The notes beneath the pieces were generated by a model that was not told the origin of the DNA, did not search any database, and saw only the letters and a program-made list of their open reading frames with translations. 59,557 nt of DNA from a virus (Duplodnaviria > Caudoviricetes), in the IMG/VR virus record IMGVR_UViG_3300018080_000200, positions 1-59,557 of that record; one strand, written 5' to 3'. Shown here one piece after another: positions 9,654 to 19,379 of this stretch. A program made the position numbers and the translations under genes. Every line of letters begins with the position of its first letter. Positions within the stretch are counted from its first letter, which is position 1.

Positions 9654-10633
9654 TGAAAGTTACTGCTACACAGAGTTACGAGATCCACTTGGGTTTCGTT
9701 TTACCTAATGGGGTGCAGTTACCAGCGGTTGGTGCTTCCCCTAATTACGTTGAGATCGACGATATTTACGCCGATAACGAGCATCTAATCGCTTTGAAAG
9801 ATGCCGGGAAGCTCACCATTAGCGGATTCGATAAGGATAGCGCTCTAGTAGTTGGTGCCACGGAGCTTAATGAGCACCTGTTAGGTCTGTTTTCTTTCGC
9901 TTTTCCGAAAAATACACCGGGCGCTATTTCAGGTGGCACAAGTGCCTCTATTGTTTCTGCAAATGACGAGGCATATGACTTACGTGCTAAGAACTATTTC
10001 CGTTTCCTGGTAGATGGAACTCTCTCCGATCCTGTTTTTGACCTAGAAGTGACTGTTGCAGCCGGTATATATACTGCCGCTACGCTGGTAAATGCGCTTA
10101 ATGGCGATGCTACTTTTACAGAGCATTTGGTGGCCTCTGTCTCTGGTGGGACAAAGGTACAAGTAGAGTGTCGGTCTAAGGGAGGAACTTCGTTTGTGGT
10201 GGCTGCAGTACCGGTACTTGGTCCTCTTGCCGACGCGAATGATAACCTTGGGTTTCCTACGGCGGCACCTAGCGTTGCTGGGACAGGTACGGCCAGTAAT
10301 ATTACTGCGCAAGCTGTTGGACCTACTAATGTAGGAATGCATAGGGCCAAGTTATACGTGGCTGCTTACACTACAGACTCAGGAGGCGGCGATGTGGTAA
10401 GTGCGGGTGCCTTTATTCAAGTCCCTAAGAAAGGAACTATCATCTCTGGTATCTACCAGGCTGGAGTCGAAGCAGTGGTAGAGACAGACCAGGACGGTTA
10501 CATCGATATTGAAATTGCCGATGTTACTCATGCTGACAACCCCGTTTTCCTAGGGTTTCGCGCTTTGACCGGGTATGATTTTGCTATTATTCCTACTGGA
10601 GGTGGCACCAGAGTATCTGTAGCCAACGCCTAA
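9653..10633 (+). CDS. Virion structural protein (beta-rich, sheath-like insertion-domain features)
   Basis: YTAATLVNALN..VASVSGG..ANDNLGF pattern; TAATG coupling. Confidence 0.55.
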   Translation: MKVTATQSYEIHLGFVLPNGVQLPAVGASPNYVEIDDIYADNEHLIALKDAGKLTISGFDKDSALVVGATELNEHLLGLFSFAFPKNTPGAISGGTSASIVSANDEAYDLRAKNYFRFLVDGTLSDPVFDLEVTVAAGIYTAATLVNALNGDATFTEHLVASVSGGTKVQVECRSKGGTSFVVAAVPVLGPLADANDNLGFPTAAPSVAGTGTASNITAQAVGPTNVGMHRAKLYVAAYTTDSGGGDVVSAGAFIQVPKKGTIISGIYQAGVEAVVETDQDGYIDIEIADVTHADNPVFLGFRALTGYDFAIIPTGGGTRVSVANA

Positions 10634-10634
10634 G

Positions 10635-11267
10635 ATGCCGTTTAAGTCTAAAGCACAACAAAAGTTTATGTTCGCTGCGGAAGAGCGAGGTGATTTACCT
10701 AAAGGAACTGCAAAGCGTTGGGCCGATGAGACCCCTAGTATAAAAAAGCTCCCTAAGAAGGTTAAAAAAAAGTCTTCTAAAAATACTAAGAAGGCTCATT
10801 TCCTTGAGAGGCAAGAGATTGCTGATTTAGTGAAGTCTGCAGCCCTTAAGACTTTAGATCAGAGTGATGAACTTAAGTCTTTGGCCAAGCGGCAACTAAA
10901 ACTTTTAGAGCAAATAAATGTACGTCTTTCTCAGTTTCCTAAAAGGAAGGCCCCCCCTGGGGAGCAGGACGTAGTCTCTGGGGCCTCATCCTCTATTGGT
11001 AAACCAATTCCTTTATTACCTCGAGTAAGCGATGAGGCAGTTGGCAGGTCTACTGATTACAGGCGTAACGTTGAGTTGCAGTTTATGGGCAGGCCTTTAA
11101 CTTCTGCTGATAAAGCTAGAATTTTAGGTAACTATAAAGATAGACGAGATTTTGGTGCAGTGAGCAGCCCTTTTGTAGGTATACCTAACCAAGGTATCTG
11201 GCATAAGATAAAAACATTACTAGGTATGGGGAGTCAGATTAGTGTTGCACCAGAGCTTAGAGGGTAA
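10635..11267 (+). CDS. Basic protein with MPFKSKAQ N-terminal motif
   Basis: MPFKSKAQQKFMFA..AKRWADETP, Lys-rich stretch, KxA sites. Confidence 0.7.
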   Translation: MPFKSKAQQKFMFAAEERGDLPKGTAKRWADETPSIKKLPKKVKKKSSKNTKKAHFLERQEIADLVKSAALKTLDQSDELKSLAKRQLKLLEQINVRLSQFPKRKAPPGEQDVVSGASSSIGKPIPLLPRVSDEAVGRSTDYRRNVELQFMGRPLTSADKARILGNYKDRRDFGAVSSPFVGIPNQGIWHKIKTLLGMGSQISVAPELRG

Positions 11268-11682
11268 GGCATACAGAGAAGGCTTCTACGAGGAAGCCGC
11301 TAGAGCCGGGATATCTAAGGAGGCTCTAGCTAATACTGTCTTGCCCGAAGTAGATATTTGTTCTATTAGATCTCCCGAATTTGATGTGAGATTAGCCTCG
11401 TTTGCGGGTGGTATGGCCAACTCCGGAATAGAGAAGGAAGCTTTTATTAGTACTCTTGCCAATTGGTTACCTTATATAGCAATAGGATTACCAGTAGGCG
11501 GTTTAGGCGTAGGGTCTGTTATGTCTCTTTTAAAGCGGCGCTATATACGTAGACATTCTGAACCTGCTAAAGCGCAGAAGCTAGTACGCAAAGCTATAAA
11601 GGAGCTGGAACGCGAGGATACAGAGGCAAAGCAGCTTCCTAAATATCCTCCAGGTTCTATGGAGGAGGTGCTAGGGCGATGA
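11242..11682 (+). CDS. KxA-leader protein with a hydrophobic segment
   Basis: AYREGFYEEAARAG, SKEA, EKEAF; IAIGLPVGGLGVG. Confidence 0.7.
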   Translation: MLHQSLEGKAYREGFYEEAARAGISKEALANTVLPEVDICSIRSPEFDVRLASFAGGMANSGIEKEAFISTLANWLPYIAIGLPVGGLGVGSVMSLLKRRYIRRHSEPAKAQKLVRKAIKELEREDTEAKQLPKYPPGSMEEVLGR

Positions 11683-11978
11683 TAGGAAACGTTCATAATA
11701 AGTTGTATAGTAATACTGCGTCAGAGCATATGAAGCTGATGTCCGACCCTCTTATTAAAGAGATAATTAAGTTAGGCATTCAAGCTAGTTGCAAAACGGA
11801 GATATTCGATTTTAGTATTCCAGCGCAGTTGCAAGCGTATAATGAGCTTACGACTACTATGGCACAAGGCGAAAAGCTCTTACCACGTTTTGAGGATGGG
11901 CATTGGACGCAAGACGGCCGGCACATCCGCTGTGTCAGTTATATCATATTGGAAAAAAGCCCATGGTCCCAAAAATAA
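11679..11978 (+). CDS. Hypothetical protein
   Basis: ATGA overlap, ggagg SD. Confidence 0.65.
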   Translation: MIGNVHNKLYSNTASEHMKLMSDPLIKEIIKLGIQASCKTEIFDFSIPAQLQAYNELTTTMAQGEKLLPRFEDGHWTQDGRHIRCVSYIILEKSPWSQK

Positions 11979-13399
11979 AAGAAGCTGCCGCCACAACAGA
12001 AGGTCCTAGTACCCTAGAGCAGTTATTATATGTTTTAGGTAGAACTGGTACAGGGGCCTTACAAGGCGGAGCTGTAGCCGGAGGAGTCTTAGGTGCCGGT
12101 TTATTGGGCGATTACATTTACCGCCGATTAGCCGGGGAAGACGTCCCTGTCTCAGAGAGTATTCCTAAAACTATACCTACCAATCTAGCCGAGAACGCAG
12201 AAGAAAATAAACAACTTACCGACGAGTCCAGAGCCCGCAAGATACAGCAGTTTGGAATTAAATCTGCGGCTGAGATGCCTTGGGGATTAGGGAATGTCGG
12301 ATACGGAGTGTCCCTTCCTATCGGAGCTTACCTGGCTTGGCGTATGTACGACGCTCTAAAGACCAGGCAGGAGACCTCTGAGTTACAAGAGGCTGCCAAC
12401 GAATTAGTTAGAAAGGTTAGAGGCCCTATAGGGTATAAGGGTACTTCTGAAGAGCAAACCCCAGAAACTAAAAAGATTCCAGCTACTAACAAAGCTGCTC
12501 AAGCATACAACAAAGTCCCGGTGATGGACTTTGTTATTGACCAGCTGTGTGAGGCTGGAGTGGGGTTGGAGAAGGAGGCTTGGGGTTTAGAGTCAACACT
12601 AATTAAACGGATTTACCCGAAAGGGAAAAAGCCTGTAGTTTCGGCAATAGATGATGTTTTAGCCAGGCTAACAAAGCAGCCAGGAATACTTAAACGGTAT
12701 TTGGGGTTTGCCCCGAGTATCGTTCGGCCTGTTGACGAAAGCGCTATTAAGGCAGTTGTTAAAAATCTAGGTAAATCCTTTGTCAGCCCTACTACGGTCG
12801 ATGAAGCTGCAAAAGCCGGACTCCCTATACTAGCCAACAAGGGAATCCTGCACAGCGCTCTTAGATTAATTTCTCCACTTCGGACCAAGCCACAGTTTCA
12901 TACTAGAGATTTAGCGACAGGGGCATTAAGAGCTTTAAGTACTGAGGGCAAAGACATTAAAGCGTTCTCCCATCTTTTACCTTTGGCGGAAAAAGCCTTT
13001 GGGCAGTCTAAGCTTACCAAGCTAATTCCTTGGGGTGGTACTGCCTTTGGCCTTGTACCTGGCGCTTGGTGGCTTGGGGAGAATGCCAAGTCTTTATGGG
13101 AGAATGCAGCGAATTACGGGATGAGAACAGGTGCTCCCAGTCAGCCATATACTGATTTCCCCATTAAAAGGCTTATGAGCGGTGTGGGGAAAGGCATTCG
13201 TACGGGGGGCAGTACTGTTTTAGATTGGTTTAAAAGCCTAGTTGGTAAAGATGTTCTAGCACCTCTAATCGGCATAGGTGGAGCAGGCCTTGGTATTGGC
13301 GGACTTTTAGGATACCTCGGAACCGAAGAATACCTTCGCGGTAAAGAGGAAGAAGAAGAAAAAGTTAAAGTACCTAAGCTGGTGAGCGCTCATGGATAA
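11963..13399 (+). CDS. Multi-segment glycine-zipper protein with several KxA sites
   Basis: IKEAA, IKSAA, NKAA, EKEAW, most followed by Gly-rich hydrophobic segments; start likely ATG 11963. Confidence 0.75.
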   Translation: MVPKIKEAAATTEGPSTLEQLLYVLGRTGTGALQGGAVAGGVLGAGLLGDYIYRRLAGEDVPVSESIPKTIPTNLAENAEENKQLTDESRARKIQQFGIKSAAEMPWGLGNVGYGVSLPIGAYLAWRMYDALKTRQETSELQEAANELVRKVRGPIGYKGTSEEQTPETKKIPATNKAAQAYNKVPVMDFVIDQLCEAGVGLEKEAWGLESTLIKRIYPKGKKPVVSAIDDVLARLTKQPGILKRYLGFAPSIVRPVDESAIKAVVKNLGKSFVSPTTVDEAAKAGLPILANKGILHSALRLISPLRTKPQFHTRDLATGALRALSTEGKDIKAFSHLLPLAEKAFGQSKLTKLIPWGGTAFGLVPGAWWLGENAKSLWENAANYGMRTGAPSQPYTDFPIKRLMSGVGKGIRTGGSTVLDWFKSLVGKDVLAPLIGIGGAGLGIGGLLGYLGTEEYLRGKEEEEEKVKVPKLVSAHG

Positions 13400-13994
13400 G
13401 TTAGGGCAATCTTCTCAAGGAACGCAGGAAGCTGTACCTAAGAATTGGATGGAGTTTCTGTGGCGAGCATCTAAAGGTAACCGCTTAGCAATGTTTAAAA
13501 TGGCACCTCAACTGCTAAAGATGGTGCGCGATTTTAAAGACCCTAAAGTAGCTAAGCAGTACGCCGCTAACCTGCAAGCCATGACTAAGCAGGTAGCGCA
13601 GCCTATTCAGCAAGGAATCCAAGGCACTGTTTCTAATATGGCGAAGCAATATGCTCCCTGGTTAATCGGAGCGTTTGGAGCGCCTATGCTTATGCAGGGT
13701 TTAGGTATGATGCACCGCGGATACCAGCAAAATCAAATGATAAACCAGCTACAGCAAATGAATAAACATATGACAGCCATGTATAGGCGTATGAACCAAG
13801 CCCCTGGGAAGATGCCGGCGCAGATGTCGGCACAGCCTCAGATGAATCTAGCTAATTTGTACCAAGGTAGGCACAGGCTAGCTAGTCCAATGCCGCAGCA
13901 TAGACCGGGCTTAGTCCCTGGGCTGATAACCAATGCTTTAAAGAATCGTAGGGGTAGTACTTCACTAGCTACTATTAAACCGAAAATAGTGTAA
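13392..13994 (+). CDS. Q/M-rich protein with one hydrophobic segment
   Basis: Low-complexity Q/M composition; APWLIGAFGAPMLM. Confidence 0.7.
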   Translation: MDKLGQSSQGTQEAVPKNWMEFLWRASKGNRLAMFKMAPQLLKMVRDFKDPKVAKQYAANLQAMTKQVAQPIQQGIQGTVSNMAKQYAPWLIGAFGAPMLMQGLGMMHRGYQQNQMINQLQQMNKHMTAMYRRMNQAPGKMPAQMSAQPQMNLANLYQGRHRLASPMPQHRPGLVPGLITNALKNRRGSTSLATIKPKIV

Positions 13995-13995
13995 C

Positions 13996-16900
13996 ATGGC
14001 CACACTCCCTAGAACTCTACACGATTTTCATGATACCACTGCTACACGTAAACGCATTTTCGAGAAAGTTACGGCAGCATTTCAAGATGCATTCCCTAAG
14101 AAGGGGCGGCATACTACAGTAGAAGTTTCAAATCTCAGCATTCCCTCCAAAGAATATTCTATTGCAGATCAAAAGAAGCACATTTTAGAAGGGCGCGACC
14201 TTACAGTACCCCTTAAAGGAACCCTTAAATTACGCGATAACGACTCCGGCAAAGTTATCGAAGAGAGGACACAAACTTTAGCGCAGGTTCCGTATTACAC
14301 CGGTCGTGGAACATTTATTTCTAATGGTAACGATTTTGCAACGGTAAACCAATTCCGCCTTAATCCAGGTGTTTATACTCGTTGGAAAGATAACGGTGAT
14401 TTAGAGGCACACTTCAATCTACAACATGGCTCCGGTCTGTCATTCCGTTCTTTTTTGGAGCCTAAGACAGGTGTGTTCCGTCTGAATGTTGGTCAGGCTA
14501 ACCTTAAGTTGTACCCTATTCTACGAGCTATGGGTGTGCGGCATGGGGATATAGAAAGCGCGTGGGGAAAAGATATCGCTGCTATTAACCAGCATGCAGG
14601 TAAAGATATGTCAACTGTTAAAAAACTCTATTCTAAGATAGCAGGGTGGCGGGCTAATCCGAACTTAAGCATCCCGGAGCAAGGACAAGAGATAACCAAA
14701 GAACTCGCTAAGGCGCGTATGGACCCTTCGGTCAATAGGGTTACACTTAAAGGGGACTTCGATAGGGTAACACCTAGAGTATTTCTAAAAGCTACTTCTA
14801 AATTATTGGATATCAACAAAGGGAAGGACCGTGTAGACGATAGAGACTCGGTTGCCTTCCGGCGTGTCTTTGATGTGGCGGATTATATGTCAGAGAAAGT
14901 CCGTAAAGATGCCGGTAATATCCGCAAAAAAGTTCTTTCTAAAGTAGATCGAGAACGGTCTCTAAAAGCAATAACTCCTGGAATCTTTACCAGACAGGTT
15001 AAAGGGGCGGTACTAACAGACTCAAAGATACAGCCTGTGGAAGAAGTTAACCCTGTAGAGTTATTCGATTACCAAGAGAGGATAGTTTCGTTGGGAGAAG
15101 GGGGTATTAGCTCTGTTGAAGCGGTGCCGGAAGAAGCGCGCAATGTGCATCCTTCCCAGCTAAACAGTATAGACCCAGTACGCGGCCCTGAGTCGATGAC
15201 TGTAGGGGTAGATGTTAGAGCAGCTTATAATACATTTAAGGGTGATGACGGTCGTCTTTATAGCAGTGTTTTAAACAAGAGAGGCCAGCGAACTCTTATC
15301 CCAGCTGATAAACTTGCTAGGGCAGTAGTAGCCTTCCCAGGGCAGTATGGGAAGCGGGGTAGTGGAATAAAGGTTATCGATAAAAAAGGAACCTTACGGG
15401 ATGCTTCTGATAAAGAGGTGGAGTATTGGCTACCCCACGGACAGGGAATGTTTAGCCATGTAGCCAACTTAATCCCTGGTATTGGGTCAACAGAAGGACG
15501 TCGTCTTCTGATGGGGTCTAAATTTCAAACTCAAGCGCTACCCTTAGAAACTCCCGAGCATCCTATTGTAATGAATAAGGTTCCAGGTACAGATATACCA
15601 TTTGAGAGACTTATAGGTATGAAAATTGGTGGCCGTCCTGCGAAAGTGGGTGGCAGAGTAACTAAAGTTACGCCAAATGATATATACATAAAGGGGGCTG
15701 ATGGCAAATCAGTTCGCCATGGTGTTTATAATAACTTCTCTTTTAATAGGAAGTCTTACATACACCAAACACCGATAGTGAAACCGGGAGACGTTGTGCG
15801 TAGAGGGCAGCCGTTAGCTAAAAGTACGTTTACAGACAAAGAGGGGAACTTAGCCCTTGGACGTAACTTGGTAACAGCGTACATGCCCTTTAAGGGATAC
15901 TCTGTAGAGGATGGGATTGTTGTTAGCGAGTCCGCCAGTAAGAAGCTTACTACGGATCTTATGTATTCCGTTAACCAGCCGGTTGATAAAGAGGTAGAAC
16001 TAGGTAAAAGTAAGTATGTTACTGGTATGCCGACGACTTTCACTAAACCCCAGCTAGCCAACTTGGATAATGAGGGTGTGATTAAACCTGGCACCACTAT
16101 CAAAAAAGGCGATCCTATTATTTTAGCCCTCCATAAGCGTCCTCTTTCTGCTACTGATATAGTGCTAGGGAAGTTGCACAAGAGTCTGCGAAACTTCTAC
16201 AGTGATAAATCACATGTTTGGGATCACGACACTGATGGAACAGTTACCGACGTGGCTAAGACAAAGAAGGGCTACAAGGTTACCATTAAAACGAAGAGTC
16301 CTCTTGTTGAATCTGATAAGATAGCCAATAGGTTCGGGGGGAAGGGTGTTATTGGAAAGATCCTTCCCGATGATCAAATGCCTGTAATAGAATCAATGGG
16401 TAAGCGTGTAGAGGTACTTCTGAATCCTCTAGGAGTCCCCAGTCGAATTAACCCTATGCAGGTCTTTGAAACCTTATTAGGAAAGGTTTCAGAGAAAACA
16501 GGAAAGCCTTATTTAGTAGAACCGTTTTCTGACGAATCCAGGGTAGATTTTGTGAAACGCGAGCTTAAAAAGCATGGGGTATCAGAACAAGAGTGGTTGG
16601 TAGACCCCTCTACTGGAAAGCGGTACAAGAATCCTATTTTGGTAGGTAAACAATTCTTTACCAAATCTTTTAAAACTAGTGAGTCTGGGTTTTCTGCTAG
16701 AGAGCTTGGGAGCTACACTGCTGAGGAGCGACCGGCCAAGGGTGGAAAAGAGGGGGCTAAGAAGATTGGTGGAATGCTTATTAGCGCACTACTCGCCCAT
16801 GGGGCTACAAACAATTTACGAGAGATGTCTACTATTAAGGGAACTAAAAATAGGGAGTTCTGGAAGGCCATGCGGCTAGGCTTGCCTCTACCCTCTCCTG

Positions 16901-18363
16901 AAGTTCCTTTTATTTATAAGAAGTTTGAAGCTTACCTTAAAGGTGCTGGCGCCAACGTAGAAAAGTTTGGCCACGATACTAGAATACAACCTTTAACTCA
17001 ACAGGGTGTGGATGCCATTGCGGGGTTGCCAGTTAAAAACGATAGGCTGTTAAAGGCCAAAGACCTTTCTCCTGAGAAGGGAGGACTTTTTGATTTCGCT
17101 ATTACTGGCGGACCTTCCGGACAGCGATGGTCCCACATTCCATTAGTTGAGCCAATGCCCAATCCAGCTATGGAAGAGCCCATCCGTAGAATGTTAGGGC
17201 TAACCCAAAAGAAATACGAGTCTATTTTATCCGGAAAAGAGCAGTTTGAGGGGGCCACTGGCCCTAAGGCTATAGCGAATGGTTTGAAAGCGCTAAACAT
17301 AGACACGGAGTTTAATAGGGCTAAGGCTGAAATTAAGAGTGGTAAACGGAGTATCCGTGATGATGCCGTGAAAAGGCTTCAATACCATACTATGTTTAAG
17401 AAGACGGGTATCAAGCCTGCTGACTTAGTACTCGATAAATGGCCTGTGCTGCCGCCTCAGTTTAGGCCTATTGCAGTATCTGGAGCGGGGAATACGGTAG
17501 TTGTCTCTTCTCCCAATCTTCTTTATAAAGATTTAATACAGGCCAACTCTACTTTAGGTGACCTTAAGAAGGATCTTCTAGAAGAGGACACTACAGAGGA
17601 AAGACTGGGGCTTTATAAGGCACTAAAAGCAGTAGCAGGGTTGGGCGATCCTATAAATATTAAAACTAAAAGAAAGCGTGCTAAAGGGTTTATTAAAGAT
17701 ATTATTGGGGATATCCCAAAAAGCGGGCTGTTTCAGTCCAAAGTTCTTGGAAAGACACAGGATTTAGTTGCTAGAGCAGTAGCCATGCCAGATCCGGCCT
17801 TGAATATGGACCAAATAGGGGTACCCAAGGATGCCCTATGGAAGATGTTTAAGCCTTTTGTTATGAGACGCCTAGTGCAAAGAGGCATACCTGCTTTAGC
17901 CGCTGCGGATGCTATTGAAAATAGAACTCCGCAAGCTCAGGAGGCCCTGGAGAGAGAGATTAAGGAACGGCCGGTTATGATGGATCGTGCCCCGGCCCTA
18001 CATAAATTTAATATGATGGCAGGGTACGCAGTTCCTAGGAATGATACCAGTTTAGGGTTCCCTGTTAGTACTGCGCCAGGCTATAATGCTGATTTTGATG
18101 GAGACCAGTTGAATCTGCACGTACCTGTTACAGAGGAGGCTAAAGAAGAGGCGGTAAAGAAATTGCTTCCCAGTACCAACCTGTTCTCTATTAAAACCCA
18201 CGGAGTTCATTTTGTACCTCAGCACGAGGCGGGATTAGGGCTATATTTTGCGAGTAAGACTCCAAATAAGACCGCTGTAAAGAAGTTTAGTACGCAGGAG
18301 GAAGCCATACAGGCTTACCGCGATGGAACTATAAAGTTAAACGATCCTATAGAAGTGGGGTGA
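13996..18363 (+). CDS. rpoBC: Multisubunit RNA polymerase, beta subunit fused to the N-terminal part of beta'
   Basis: beta motifs GTFISNG, EARNVHPS..GPES, RLLMGSKFQTQA, GNLALGRN..FKGYSVEDGIVVSE, DKIANRFGGKGV, NPLGVPSRIN; beta' motifs PVLPPQFRP, GLFQSKVLGK, RAPALH and catalytic NADFDGD (18085-18105). Confidence 0.97.
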   Translation: MATLPRTLHDFHDTTATRKRIFEKVTAAFQDAFPKKGRHTTVEVSNLSIPSKEYSIADQKKHILEGRDLTVPLKGTLKLRDNDSGKVIEERTQTLAQVPYYTGRGTFISNGNDFATVNQFRLNPGVYTRWKDNGDLEAHFNLQHGSGLSFRSFLEPKTGVFRLNVGQANLKLYPILRAMGVRHGDIESAWGKDIAAINQHAGKDMSTVKKLYSKIAGWRANPNLSIPEQGQEITKELAKARMDPSVNRVTLKGDFDRVTPRVFLKATSKLLDINKGKDRVDDRDSVAFRRVFDVADYMSEKVRKDAGNIRKKVLSKVDRERSLKAITPGIFTRQVKGAVLTDSKIQPVEEVNPVELFDYQERIVSLGEGGISSVEAVPEEARNVHPSQLNSIDPVRGPESMTVGVDVRAAYNTFKGDDGRLYSSVLNKRGQRTLIPADKLARAVVAFPGQYGKRGSGIKVIDKKGTLRDASDKEVEYWLPHGQGMFSHVANLIPGIGSTEGRRLLMGSKFQTQALPLETPEHPIVMNKVPGTDIPFERLIGMKIGGRPAKVGGRVTKVTPNDIYIKGADGKSVRHGVYNNFSFNRKSYIHQTPIVKPGDVVRRGQPLAKSTFTDKEGNLALGRNLVTAYMPFKGYSVEDGIVVSESASKKLTTDLMYSVNQPVDKEVELGKSKYVTGMPTTFTKPQLANLDNEGVIKPGTTIKKGDPIILALHKRPLSATDIVLGKLHKSLRNFYSDKSHVWDHDTDGTVTDVAKTKKGYKVTIKTKSPLVESDKIANRFGGKGVIGKILPDDQMPVIESMGKRVEVLLNPLGVPSRINPMQVFETLLGKVSEKTGKPYLVEPFSDESRVDFVKRELKKHGVSEQEWLVDPSTGKRYKNPILVGKQFFTKSFKTSESGFSARELGSYTAEERPAKGGKEGAKKIGGMLISALLAHGATNNLREMSTIKGTKNREFWKAMRLGLPLPSPEVPFIYKKFEAYLKGAGANVEKFGHDTRIQPLTQQGVDAIAGLPVKNDRLLKAKDLSPEKGGLFDFAITGGPSGQRWSHIPLVEPMPNPAMEEPIRRMLGLTQKKYESILSGKEQFEGATGPKAIANGLKALNIDTEFNRAKAEIKSGKRSIRDDAVKRLQYHTMFKKTGIKPADLVLDKWPVLPPQFRPIAVSGAGNTVVVSSPNLLYKDLIQANSTLGDLKKDLLEEDTTEERLGLYKALKAVAGLGDPINIKTKRKRAKGFIKDIIGDIPKSGLFQSKVLGKTQDLVARAVAMPDPALNMDQIGVPKDALWKMFKPFVMRRLVQRGIPALAAADAIENRTPQAQEALEREIKERPVMMDRAPALHKFNMMAGYAVPRNDTSLGFPVSTAPGYNADFDGDQLNLHVPVTEEAKEEAVKKLLPSTNLFSIKTHGVHFVPQHEAGLGLYFASKTPNKTAVKKFSTQEEAIQAYRDGTIKLNDPIEVG

Positions 18364-18366
18364 TCC

Positions 18367-18765
18367 ATGTCCTTTAATTGGGATTTAATGAAGAAAATAG
18401 CTAGTAATTTACAGAAGCAAGGGTTTATACCTGGCAACCAAATACCTAGCCAGCCAATGATGGGTATGGACCCCAGTATGATGGGAGGTGGGATGCCTCC
18501 TATGGACCCCAGTATGATGGGAGGCGAAGTTCCGCCAGAAGGGGCTCCTCCAGCGGAAGAGTCTCCGAAAGAAGAGGAAGGGGCTTCAAAATACGAGGTT
18601 CTAGAGACTCGTATGAGTGCTTTAGAACAACGTTTTAATGATTTAAGTAACTATTTACTAAAAGGGAGTCAGCCAAGTGCTAAGACGGCCGAAGCTAATA
18701 AAGACCCTACATCTGACTTGGTTATTCCCGAATTACAAAAGATATTATTGAGGAGTGAACAATGA
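18367..18765 (+). CDS. M/G/P-rich KxA-leader protein
   Basis: KKIAS, QKQGF, MDPSMMGG x2, C-terminal coiled segment. Confidence 0.7.
   Translation: MSFNWDLMKKIASNLQKQGFIPGNQIPSQPMMGMDPSMMGGGMPPMDPSMMGGEVPPEGAPPAEESPKEEEGASKYEVLETRMSALEQRFNDLSNYLLKGSQPSAKTAEANKDPTSDLVIPELQKILLRSEQ
18465..18524 (+). repeat. 24-bp direct repeat, 36-bp period
   Basis: tatggaccccagtatgatgggagg at 18465-18488 and 18501-18524. Confidence 0.9.
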
Positions 18766-19379
18766 GGAGATGTTTAATCGTAGCGGTTATATTTCCGTTA
18801 CTGCTTGGCTGTACAAGCGTGAAACACGCGTTTGTTGACTTTGGTACCAATTACGTGGAGCAAGAAGTTCCACCTATCGTGACGAAGCTTCTTAAAGAAG
18901 AGCTGGCAGAGTGGAAGATCGTCTCATTTATAAAAGACCTTAGGGCTGAAAATCCGGTGTGGGCCGACTATTTAGAGAACCTTTTGAAACAACTAAGCGC
19001 TAAGGCCAAAGAACGGTTGATCGCACAATATGAAACATTTAAGACAGCGGCTACAAAAGATCTTGAAGGTACTGGATCTGCTTTTGAAGATTTTGATATC
19101 GATAAGAACGGGCAGATTTCTTTCAATGAATTAATCCGTCTATGTGATGCCCTTGGGGATAAAGAGAAAACCTGTGTGAGAGACGGCATACAATATTTAC
19201 TCTTGCGGTACGGCATGATGTTCTTCGGCGAACCAATAAAGGATAATTTATTGGATTACCTAGCTGCCCCCACTGAGACCACTAAAGGACTTCCAAAGCA
19301 GAAAACGGATAAAGAAACCGTAGAGTATTTTGTGAAACTTCTTAAAGCAATGGATGAGGATAGTAAACCTAAAAAATGA
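18762..19379 (+). CDS. Lipoprotein with an EF-hand loop
   Basis: MRRCLIVAVIFPLLLG|C lipobox; DIDKNGQISFNE canonical 12-residue EF-hand. Confidence 0.75.
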   Translation: MRRCLIVAVIFPLLLGCTSVKHAFVDFGTNYVEQEVPPIVTKLLKEELAEWKIVSFIKDLRAENPVWADYLENLLKQLSAKAKERLIAQYETFKTAATKDLEGTGSAFEDFDIDKNGQISFNELIRLCDALGDKEKTCVRDGIQYLLLRYGMMFFGEPIKDNLLDYLAAPTETTKGLPKQKTDKETVEYFVKLLKAMDEDSKPKK

